Origin: Octopus vulgaris
Taxonomy: Eukaryota
Direction of reading: 5' to 3'
Assembly (NCBI GenBank): GCA_951406725.2
Contig: OX597817.1
Location: 73,160,001-73,224,000, forward strand
Length of the DNA: 64,000 nucleotides
Shown here: positions 26,530-37,992 of the stretch, in pieces
How the letters are laid out: each line of letters opens with the position of its first letter
Numbering within the stretch: position 1 is the stretch's first letter
The notes under the pieces: generated by a model
The model's database searches: none
The model's input: only the letters and a program-made list of their open reading frames with translations
What the model was told of the DNA's origin: nothing
Made by a program: the position numbers and the translations under genes

Positions 26530-28869
26530 TGGTGTGAATAAGACTACATCATCAAATATAGCCCTTGTTTTATTTATATTGTATAGTCCAAGCCAGTACA
26601 TTCCAAGTAGATCTAAGATCTGTCTCCAACCATTACCAAATTCTCTTAAGTCATCTGCTCATAGTGTATCCTCCTCCTCATCATCATCATCATAATCTCC
26701 TTTCCATGTTGACAATAAGTAGGATAGTTCAACAATATTCAGCAAGTTGGATGATCACCTCTTTGACCAGTGTCTCATTTTTGGCAGAGTTTCTCTAGTT
26801 GGATGCCCTTCCTAACACCAACCTCTTTACAGTGTATACTGAGTGCATTTTGTGATACCAGTAGCAAGATTAAAAGAAAAGCCTCTCAAGCCTTGTATTG
26901 TCACTTTTCAGATCAGTTACTAAACACTTAATTGCACTGGGTGCTTTTTGTGGTACCAGCACTATTGAGATTACTTTGTAGATTGTAAAGCATAAGAGAG
27001 CATCCCAGAATTATCATGAGTAGATGGTAATTGAGAGAATAATAGAGGGAATAGTGTTGGAGCCAGAATAGAAGAGACAGGAAAGGGAGTGGGGGAAGAG
27101 TAAAGACAAGAGTTTGTGTGAAGAAGAGACGGATACATTGTGGTAATGGTAATAATATGGGTTACATCTAGGAAGATATTATCAAATGATTTTACAATTA
27201 TGGATTTGTTTTGCAAGATTCCTGATGAGAATTTGTGTGTTGAAACATATTTTTTGTCAAATAACACATGCACTATATATTCATTCTTCACTCGTTTATT
27301 GTTCTTATTTTGTCTTATGTCCATTGTCTAAAGATTTTTCATCACACATCTGTGACCTCTTCAGCAACTCTTCCATCCATGTTTCCTCCTATTCTGTTTA
27401 GTCCATTCTGTATCTCTATGATGCGTGTCCTTGAGAATTATTTTGACTGCTATTTCTAAGAATTTATACATTTGCATGGAGGTTTTTGTGTTACATATGT
27501 CTATACGTATTCTTTCACTGGAGTGATTTATTGGCTTTTTAACTTCACTGGAGTACAACTTTCAAGGGTTTTAATCATATTGGCCCCAGTACATATTTCA
27601 GTTTGCTACCTGTTTTTATTGATCTCTGCTTGTTGAACCATTAAGTTCCAAGACATGAAGAGACTCTGCGTAAACAGTCTTGATCTTTAGACTGGTGTAA
27701 CATAACAATGGTACAAACCCAACATATATACATCTGAGTGTACATGTGTGCGTAGATTGACATTTATACATGTGTATATATATATACTACATAACAAATA
27801 CAGTTGTACACATGTTCATACATGCATTTTCATTGGATGTTATGAATACATTTGCATTAATATACTCTCACTCATCTGTAAGGACATACACCCATTCAGT
27901 AGTTTCCATGCATACATTCCTCTCTTTCTGTGTGTGTGTGTAGTAGTAGTAGTAGTAGTAGTTGGATGTTAGTTGTAGATTAGTTTTGCACTAGCTTTAC
28001 CTTGCTATTTGGCATATAGAAATGTTGAGTACCTATTATTTAGAATTGGAGCTAATTATTCCAATTAGCGAACTAAATAATAATCAACTCATCAATGGAA
28101 TCGAGCTGACATTTCTTTCATATTCTCATTTTGTTAACAATGATTCTTAGAATCAGTCATTCAACAAGAGCAATTGAATTTTCAATTGTCAAGAACTTAT
28201 GTGTTCTGTGGCAGAATCAGTAGATTGTACCACAGAGTCCTTGACTGTATCTAATTAATTTTCTCTGTTCTGAGTTGAAATCTTGCAAAGGTTGACTTCA
28301 GAAATCATTGAAATAAGTAGTTGTCAAGCCCCTTACCTACTCACTTTTCCTGAAATGTGTGACACTGTGTCCATGTTAAAAATTGCTATTCTTGTTAACA
28401 AGTTCTGTCATCCTACTATCTTTTATCATCTTTTACTTGTTTTTCTCCATTGGAGTACAGCCAAGCTGGAGCACCACCTTGAAAAATTTAGCCAAACAAA
28501 TTGACCCTAGTACTTAATTTACAAGTATGTGCTTATTCTGCCAAATCTTCTTTGCTGAACTGCTAAGTTACAGGGAAGTAAACACATCAGCACTGGAAGG
28601 ACAAACACAGACATATGCACATGCGCGTGTGCACACACACACACACGTGTGTTTATATATATATATATATATAATTAATATTTGTTTTTATTTTATAATA
28701 AAGAACAATTTTACATTAAACTGAAGGATTATTCAGTATTTTTGGTTGAATAAAATTTATTATTCTTTAACTAGGATACTGACATTAATTCCAATGGTGG
28801 CCTAGCTGGTCTAAAACTTCAAAGTCACTGTCACTATTATTTTTGTTAAAGAATACTACCATTCCTGCA

Positions 28870-29222
28870 TAGGTCATTGCTAGTGCCATCTGACTGGCTC
28901 CCTGTGCCCATGGCACATAAAAAGCACCATCTGAACATGGTCAATGCCAGCCCCCGCCCTGACTGGCTCCTGTGCCGGTAGTTTGTGAAGAGCACCATCC
29001 GAACATGACCAATGCCAGTGTTACCTGACTGGCTCCCGTGCTGTTGGCATGTAAAAAGCACCCACTACATTCTTGGAGTGGTTGGTGTTAGGAAGGACAT
29101 CCAGCTGTAGAAACCTTGCTAGATCAGATTGGAGACTGGTGCAGCCTCCTGGCTTGCCAGTGACCTGTCAAACCATCCAACCTATGCCAGCATGGAAAGT
29201 GGACATTAAACGATAATGATGA

Positions 29223-29225
<3 letters not shown>
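28870..29225 (+). mobile_element. (GAT)n-tailed SINE with internal ~60-bp tandem units
   Basis: Three gactggctcc.gtgc..gg...gt.aaaagcacc units precede the shared tail. A younger reverse copy lies at 62442-62770. Confidence 0.85.
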
Positions 29226-29263
<38 letters not shown>

Positions 29264-30216
29264 ACCGGCTTCCACACATTTTCCATCCACCAAATTCACT
29301 CACAAGGCAATGGTCAGACTTGGGCTATAGAAAGTGATAGTTGCCCTAGGTGCTGCCCTGGGACTGAACATGAAACTTTGTGTTTGCAAAGCAAGCTTCT
29401 TAACCACACAGCCATTGAGAAACAAAGAGTTGTTATATAATGCACCAGCCCCCAACCTTTTTTGCATTGTGGATCAGTTTCATGCAACACAATTTTTCCA
29501 TAGACTGAGGGAACATATTAGTAACAAAACACAAAGTGCATAATATATAATTTAATTATTACAGACATTATGCAAAAACACTCTGCAGGCTGCAATAATC
29601 AATAAACTACAAATAAAATTTTAAAATCTTTTCTTTTTGTATAGCCTGTTAGCAAATGATCCACAGCTCAGTTCTGGTCTATTGCCTCTGGTTAGCAATC
29701 ACTAAAACGTAGTCATAGACATACTGTGGGAGAAAAACAAATGGTGGGTGTTTATGACTGAAATACCTTTGGCTTTTGGTTTATTCAATCAGAGTTGACT
29801 TGGGGCTAAACAACAACAACCTGATTATCACTCTCTTGTTACTTGAAGACTGGATCTCTAAGATTTGTTCAAAGTAGATCCCCTATATTCCTGCAGCAAT
29901 GTCTTCCAATTTACCCCGCTCCCCCTTTTTTTTAACTCATTTATTTATTTATTGCAACATTGCCTTCTTTCTATGAAAAATTTGACTTGCATTTTTAAAA
30001 AAAATTTATTTAATCATATTTCTTTATTTTTGCCTTTTTTTTTTTTTTTTTACCTCATCAGAATATGAAGACATAACTAGTGAGAAATCTCAATTGCAGT
30101 ACTCCACCAAATATGATCATTAGAGTTTCTTAATTAAAATGTTATCTTTCATTACTTTTATTCTTGTTTTTCCACTTCTCTATTTCCTATCCTCTTTTCT
30201 ACTCCATTCATTTCAG

Positions 30217-30341
30217 TAAGAACCGGAGATTTTTTTGACAGTGGAATAATGGAACGTTTACAACAAGAGCTGATCACGCTTACACGAATCACGCAGATTG
30301 ATTTAGAAGGCAGCACTAATTCCATAACATTCCATGGCACT
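30217..30341 (+). CDS. AEBP2: AEBP2/jing (PRC2 cofactor zinc-finger protein), internal coding exon
   Basis: Pyrimidine tract + tttcag acceptor, donor act|gtaagt. Translates xRTGDFFDSGIMERLQQELITLTRITQIDLEGSTNSITFHGT, which aligns by eye to human AEBP2 [41 protein letters not shown] (recalled). Ends in phase 0. A second AG 4 nt downstream (start 30221) cannot be excluded without the upstream exon. Confidence 0.92.
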
Positions 30342-31632
30342 GTAAGTTTCATTTATTTATTTATTATTTCCCAGTGTTGTTAGGCTGAGACTTAGAAATA
30401 AGTTCTCAGTGACTTTAGTCTATGATTTGGTTTTGATAGCAAACTTGCTGACTGCACAACTGAATCAGTTCACTTTTGTAGCTAAAGGCATCATCATCAC
30501 CATCACGTACTAGATCTGATCCTCATTTCTTCTTTCTATATACATTTAAGATATGCTGATGTAAGAAACCAATAATACAAATCCTAGAATACACATACAT
30601 GTGTGCATGTATATATAAATATATACACACGCAAAGTTGCTGTGTAGTAAAATGTCTGCTTCTCAACCACATGGGTGTGGATTCAGTCCCACTGTGTGAT
30701 ACCTTGGGAAAGTGTCTATTACAACCCCAGGCCAATCAAAGCCTTGTGAGTGAATTTGATAGACAGAAACTGAAAGAAGCCTGTCACACACACGCACACA
30801 TTTCTTTGTATGTATGTTTGTGTACATACAGTTTCCTTGCTTTGACTTCTCATGATAGTTGTGAATTTCACTGTCATGCAAGCAGTGTCCCACGTTTCCT
30901 ATTTTCTGAGACATCTTTAGTCATGGCAAAATATTACCTCACTTGGAAACAAATGAGGGTTGGTGACAGAAAGGGTATCTAACCATAGAAAATCTGTCTC
31001 AACAAATTTCGCCTGACCCATGCAAGCATGGAAAGGTGGCCATTAAATGATTATCGATATATGTATATATATATACATCATCATTTAACATCCACTTTAC
31101 ATGCTGGCACACACACATACACTATGCCGTTAAGAAGTTCAGTCTTGTACTATAGCCCCATGCTAAAAAATTTCTTTGTTATGCAATAACTGTAGCAAAT
31201 TCACACACACACACACACACACACTGGGTGTTTGTGTGTGTAAATGTGTGCAAATGGTGATATTTCACTTGTCACTGATGCATTGCAACAGTTTCAGTAA
31301 AACTGTTGTTATGTTTATAGTTCCTTGTTTATGTTGATTGATCACTCAACACTTTTGAAATCCTGTGGAATAACATACATTTTTTTCTTGATAAGCAGGC
31401 TGTAAAATCCTGTTTCATAATCAATTCCCATCCAAGCATGGAAGACAGGTACTAAGCAAGCTATGTGTGCTACTCAAGCTGTTTATTTCCTATAACCAAC
31501 TTTTGTTTCTTTGGGCTGTTTTATACTCAGATTAAGGTGTTGGATTTTAAGAATCTTGATGTATCTGAGCACTAATCCAGTATACATCTAATTTGTGCTT
31601 ATACTAGCATGTTCTCATCCATTTTATATATA

Positions 31633-33023
31633 CCATATATACTCGAGTAATAGTTGATCTCATGTAAAAGTCGACACCCCTGCCCCATTTTGAGCCAAAA
31701 ATTTGCGAATTTTCCATAGACCCTGTGTAAAAATCAACCCTAGTATTTCATGAACAACATGACAACATTGGTGAGTCAAGGTAACATATTCTCCTGTATG
31801 TAGAAATAACACCATTACAAAATTATGTGACTACCTTACTGTAGCCAGCTCTATAGGTGGAATGTTTGGTGCTTATAATGGAATGCTCAGTGTTTACAGT
31901 AAGACACCATTTAACACATCTGTTGATGAGCTCTACACATCTGTTGATGGGTGCTACATCAACATTACTAAAATGTATGCACAAGATATGCTGCAAGCCT
32001 GCATACATCTTCAAGCACAATAAACACATGCATCATACACTTGTCTGCATGGTGAGAAATGTGTTTCAAAGACAGTCCTATTGGCGAACATTAGCAAACA
32101 CCACTGTCTGAATTCGTACAAAGGCATGACTTTGATTAGCCTAAAAACATTCAAGTAATCGCTAGATCAGTGGTTCCCATGCAGCCTTTATATTTTCCTC
32201 ATCTACAAATACAATAAACACATGTGTCATATGCTCAACTGTTTACATGGTGAGGAACATGCTTCACAGACAGCACTATTGGTGAACAACAGCAAACACC
32301 ATTGTATGAATTCATACAGAAGCGTGATGTCAGTAAGCCTAAAAATATTTAGTTCATCGCTAGATCAGTGATTCCCAAACTTTTTTTTGCCACAGAATCC
32401 TTCAACATTATTTTTTTAAATGTGGAACCTCTGATAACTTTCAGGGAACCCTGAGGTTTTCCATGTTTGGGAATCCCTACTCCAGATTAACAACTCTACA
32501 CCATATTATGGACATTTACTGGTAACTGCACATGATATCCTGCAATGTTTTTTGAAACTTGCCGAGTAGTTATCAGCTGTATGTACTGTATTACGGTAGG
32601 TAGTTGCATGCCAGTACCAGGTAGATATGTTACCGGTGGTAATATAACATAATTATGAGATATAAATTGATTTCACCCAGCTAGTCTATTAAGTTTGATG
32701 GATACAAATAAAAGAGAACATGTAAATATTTATAAGAGTTACGTGGTCTTGTTTATGGGTTTTGTTATTTACTAAGACATGTATTTTGATGCATAGAATT
32801 GGTAATATTACTATAATTCATTGCTTTTGTTTTTATTCGCTTAGACATCAGTTGGGCTTCTACTGCTGACACAGTACTTTGGATTCTAGCTTAAATTTCA
32901 GCCCCTCAAAAGTAGTATCTATGTAATAGTCGACCCCATAAATTTGACCTTAAGAAATGGTCTAAAAAATTTGACCTTAAAATATGGTCTAAAAAAATTT
33001 GACTTTTACACAAGTTTATATGG
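31633..33023. mobile_element. Non-autonomous Tc2/pogo-like DNA element
   Basis: Left end TA-ccatatatactcgagtaatagttga with subterminal gtaa.agtcgac repeats; right end ttgacttttacacaagtttatatgg. Contains an internal ~165-bp direct duplication (32018-32180 / 32212-32375). Confidence 0.7.
32366..32480. mobile_element. hAT/Charlie-type MITE nested in the Tc2-like element
   Basis: TIR cagtgattcccaaac ... gtttgggaatccct; imperfect 8-bp flanks cgctagat / ctccagat. Confidence 0.7.
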
Positions 33024-33459
33024 TGTGTGTGTGTGTAGGCTGGTGTATATCTCCAATGGTTACAAAGTAACATTTAAAACACCCAAGTATCTTACCTATT
33101 ACTAACATAGAAATAGTGTGTCTCAAACATGAAAAATCATCATTTAATGTCTGTCTTCTATGCTTGTGTGGGTTGGATGGTTTGACAGGAGCTAGCAAGC
33201 CAGAGAACTGCACCAGGCAACATTGTCTGCTTTGGCATGGTTTCTACAGCTGAATGCTTTTCCTAATGCCAACCACTTTACAGAGTGTACTGGGTGTTTT
33301 TGTATGTGGCACCAGTATAGGTTCTTTTTACATGGCCCTAACACTAGTGGGGTTGTCAAATAAATCAGAGATGGAGTTATACTGAGAGAAGTGGTTCTGT
33401 GCCAGCTGAGAGGTTTAGAATTAAAATTGATATGGAATCTTATTTCATTATTCCTGAAT

Positions 33460-33690
33460 TTAAGGCAGTGAGCAAGATGGATCATTAACATGCCAAACAA
33501 AATGATTTGCAACATTTCTTCCGGTTTTACATTCTGAGTTCAAATTCCACTGAGATCAACTTTGCCTTTCATCTTTTTGGGGTTAGTAAAATAAGTAACA
33601 ATTGAATAAGGAGTGGGGTGATGTAATTGACTAACCCCCTGTCCCAAAATGTCAGCCCTTGTGCCTGTTGTAGAAAGGATTATTATTCTT
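33460..33690 (+). mobile_element. Full-length tRNA/Deu-Nin-type SINE
   Basis: taaggcagtgagc head, B-box-like gagttcaaattcc, core caactttgcctttcatctttttgggg, tail gtagaaaggattattatt. Confidence 0.8.
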
Positions 33691-36569
33691 GAAATTTAGA
33701 TAATTGTTTCATAAAATGGGTAGAGCATAATGCCTTTTTGTATTTAGTGACTTTGTTTAATTTTTTTACTTCAAATCTCACTCATCTTTGCTTTTCATCC
33801 TTCTAGACTTTGATAAAATAAAGTACCTGTGAGTACTAAGGTCAATATAATCCACTATACGGCTACCCTACCTTTGAAAAATGGTTTTGTGTTCATATGC
33901 CACTTTTGAAAATAAATATTTCAGTTATCTGTGCCTCCAATATTACCAATACTAACACTTTCAGTAAATTATATTGAGAGAGAGAGAGAGACAGATTCTT
34001 CTCTTTTAATCAATTCATGTTCATTTTCCAACCTAACAGTTTCTAAATGCTCCACCACCACCTATGTCCGTAACAGAAGGCCTAAATAATTAGCTAAGTT
34101 ATAAGCAGTGTTCTGTTACTGACTTTTTAGTGTGTCAAGGGGGCGCTGAGTACAGATAATTATAGACATAAAACTTACCCTCCCCTACCCCTTTCAGTAT
34201 CTCAGCTGATGTTAGCTAGAACCTGTACTACGCTATGAAGAGGTGGAGTGGTGGGGTGAGAGAGCTTGGAGGTTGTTTGTTGCAGCCAATGTAAAACATT
34301 TTATCACAGTCTTCACAAGTAATTATATTTCACTTAGACTTAAAACTAAGCATTTTTTATATATATATATATAATGTGTTATCTCCTATTGCTTCGGTAA
34401 AAATCTGAGTTTGCTCTCTGTTAGCCTTTTAACAAATTTTTAGCTCAAAGAGAAACAGCTGCTGAGCTCTGATAGAAGAAAAGCAATTACCTGTGTTAAA
34501 GAAAAATTATATGGGATTTCTCAGTTTGTATCTGATGACTTTGTCTCTTACAGAAGGAAATAGTGAAATTAATGTCAGGCTACCTGTTCATGGGAAATAA
34601 ATTTGCATTCAGCTAAAATGAATTTTGTCACTAAGCATTTCAATTCAACATTTTCTATATATGTAGGCCAGGAATTAAGTTTAAGTATTGTCTCAGACAG
34701 CTGTTGAGTGAGAGAGAGAAGCTTGGTGAAAATGCATAAAATACACTGAAGAAATGACAATAAAAATATTGTTCTATGAACTATATCTTTTTAAAGTCAG
34801 TCGGTGCCAAATACTTTGAATTATCTCTGTATGTGGTGACAAATATGGGTTTTTTTCTGACAGGCAAGAGGCCTTGTTTTTGCTATTTTGTCTACCTTTA
34901 TTTTCACACAACAAAAATGTTATTGCAAGCAGGCATAGTATTTTCAGCAATATCTGTCAATGTCTTCCTATATACCTTTTCTCTACCTGAATCCTGTTGT
35001 TATGACATAATTGACCTGTACTAACTGCCTGTGTGCTTCAGTGTGATATTTTGTGCTATATGGATGTTTATTCATACATTCAAAAGGCCAGTGTGATTAT
35101 CCTGTGAACTAGTGTGTAAATTGAAAATCAAAAGCTGTCATCTAGGTTGGACTAACTGAATGAATTTCCTGTCTTTCAGTCTGAAAATCCAGGAACCAAT
35201 GTCTGTCCACCAGATTCTTCTTACTTCTTGCCACCTTTGCATGGTATTCAGAATCTTGACAAAAGGGACCATATTACATTACTAGTACACCATTGACAGT
35301 TGCTTTACTCTTGGTCAACCATGACAAATTAGCTCTATGATCTAAAGTATTTTAGCTATAACATCCCAGCTTTTCCAAGCATAGTTGATCTCTAATAATA
35401 TAATTCAGTGTGTTCTTCCTAATTTTTTAAAACAGTGGCATGTTATTTCTAGTAGATCAAGCAACCAAATAAAGGCTCTTTCATAGCCCCCCTCCCCCAG
35501 TTTGTTGTTATTAAGCACCAAGACAGCCCTAATTGTGTATACCTACAACTAAAGGTATTTGAAGCATGGTTCTCCCATAACCACATTTTCCTGTATCCTC
35601 CAGCCCCTCTAAAATACTAGGGTGTGGTTTGAGGAACATTTAGTTGTGACTTCTAGCAGGTCACAAAGTAATGTGAAAGACTCCCTCATTAGCTGATGTT
35701 CATAGTTGTTGATTGTGATGGTGAATGTATTTTCTGACTCAGCTACAATGATCGTCGGTGTAATTATGAATGTTAATAATTTTGCTGTATTTCAGAGATT
35801 TTTTTCTGAATTCATTTCTAGTGAATTTTACACTGTTTCAATTAGTTTGAGAATAATAAATGATTTGAAGGAACTTAATACTTTTTCATTATTAAGCTGT
35901 ATGATGTGGAACATTTATTAATTCATTCTTTTTTTATCATTACTTTTACCATGCTAGCATGGGTTGCACAAATACTTATTTTATTGCTGGATATCAATCC
36001 TGTCACTAACCCTTTCTTGTTTTTTCATGTAAAGGGGTTTATTTCTCATCCTTGAAAGGCCTGTACTTTTGATTCATTATTAAGAAATATCAACAAATTT
36101 CCTTGTTTTTACTCAGTTTCATGCAAAGATATGGAGTATGAATTGACACAGTCATACACACATTTATATATATGTGATAGATACCCCTAATTAAACAGTT
36201 GGTGAAAGTAATTGTGATTTATTTGAAACATACATTTTTCTGCCTTTTATTCAAAATATTCATTGCTCTTAACTGTACAAGCTGGATATATGTATTCATG
36301 CAATTTTCCTTCTCTGGATTTACTATGTGTTAACACCTATTAATTGGGCTCTTAGTTACTGTGAATATATATATTCTTTGATGTTTTATGCTGTGTTAAA
36401 AATACATCATGTGAGACAAACATTGACTCAGCAGTGATCCATGAGAATGCCAGACATGTTATGCTTTTAAAGACGTTTATAAATAGATTTCCTCTCAGAC
36501 AAAAACCACAACACAATATCTTTCATCAGTATGTATGTATATATATATATATATTTACATACATACATA

Positions 36570-37451
36570 CAAGGGAGTACCCAAAAGAAACTGGAATTTT
36601 GCAATATTATTTTATTCTCTTTGGTTTTATATGTTTGCACTTTTATCACCTTCAAAGTATTCTCCATTTAAAGCAATGCATTGGTCCAGATGCATTTTCT
36701 ACTGTTGGAAGCATTGCTGGAACTCTTGCAAAGTGATGCCTTTTAACACCTCCATTGATTTTTTTTTTTTTCTTCACTTCTCCCACATCTGCAAATTCTG
36801 TAAGCACCAGCTTTCATCATCAGCGATAACCTTTGAAAATAAGGTCTGGATCAACTTCCGAATAGTTCTTTCAGTTCACAACATGCATTCAGTTGTGACT
36901 GCTTTTGATCTTCCGTGAGCAAGCAAGGCACAAATTTTGCTGCTACTCGTCATTCACAATTCCTTGCTCAAAATTCATTTGCAGGAGCCCCAGGACACAC
37001 CAGTCATATCAACAAGTTTATCAACTATTTGGTGACGGTCCTCCAAGATCAGTTCATGAATTTTCATAATGTTTTCATTCGTTCGGGAGGTCAACGCTCA
37101 CTCTGACTAAGGTTGATCCTCATGCAACAAGTGACCATTCTTACATTGTGAAGACCACTCATAAGCTTCTGTTTTGCTCACAGCACAGTCTTGTAAGCTG
37201 TTTGAAGCATGACAACTGTTTCAGTTGCTGTTTTCCCCAGCAGAAAACAGATCATGGAAGCACACTGTTCCTTCATTTCAGCCATCACAAAAATCAATGA
37301 GACAGAAGAGAAGCACTGCAAAACAAAGACACACCACATATGACCTTAGTGTAGAGTACCGGTTTGCAGACTGATGCCTGAAGTGACTTCCAGAACTACA
37401 ACAGGCTTGTCCCACAGAGAATGTTTCTGGTTACTTTTGGGTATCCCCTCA
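36570..37451 (-). mobile_element. Internally deleted mariner element
   Basis: TIRs aaggga.gtacccaaaagaaactggaa / ttctggttacttttgggtatcccct, flanked by TA. Collinear with 52160-53447 but missing about 400 bp. Confidence 0.88.
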
Positions 37452-37599
37452 TATATATTAAGTGTGACACATACATGGCTATTTTAATTTCATGCTGTTT
37501 CATTTTTGTACAGTGAGTTTTATTCATTCCTGCTGGCTTTCTGCAATATCAATCAAGTTATATTTCACTGTATTGAAGAGATCAGATTTCATCCAGGCA

Positions 37600-37762
37600 T
37601 ACACTCACGGAGTGGTTGGTGTTAGGAAGGGCATCCAGCCGTAGAAACACTGCCAGATTTGACTGGGCCTGATGGAGCCTTCTGGCTTCACAGACCCCAG
37701 TAGAACCGTCCAACCCATGCTAGCATGGAAAACGGACGCTAAACGATGATGATGATGATGAT
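37600..37762 (+). mobile_element. Young 5'-truncated (GAT)n-tailed SINE
   Basis: CpG-retaining copy: ggaagggcatccagccgtagaaac...ggaaaacggacgctaaac(gat)6. Confidence 0.88.
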
Positions 37763-37777
37763 ATGACTAGTGAATGC

Positions 37778-37820
37778 ATATTACTGACAAGGCCCAAGGT
37801 AGCTGAAACATGTTTGACAT
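37778..37820 (+). ncRNA. Decayed minimal hammerhead ribozyme motif
   Basis: atatta-CTGACAA-GGC ccaaggta GCT-GAAAC at GTT-tgacat. Stems I and II and a palindromic stem III are recognisable; G8>A fits CpG decay. Confidence 0.45.
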
Positions 37821-37924
37821 TTTCAGAGTATGAACCCTCCCTTAAGATGATTGTGTGTACATGTTGTGCACACACATGCATACACACCACTCACAAACAC
37901 TAATAAATATTGTTATATATTTAG

Positions 37925-37992
37925 GTGATTGCAAGAAGAAGAGAAGACTCTGGAAAAATAAAAGTTTTATTACACTGGACACCTGAGAACAT
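37925..37992 (+). CDS. AEBP2: AEBP2/jing penultimate coding exon
   Basis: tttag|GTG...AT|gtaagt, 68 nt. Translates VIARRREDSGKIKVLLHWTPEN(I), near-identical to human [22 protein letters not shown](I). Phase 0 in and phase 2 out fit both neighbouring exons. Confidence 0.95.

Noticed and set aside
28870-29070. Regularly spaced ~60-bp repeats resembling a CRISPR array
   Set aside because: The spacers are similar to each other, the units belong to a SINE also present at 62442-62770, the DNA is eukaryotic, and there are no cas genes.
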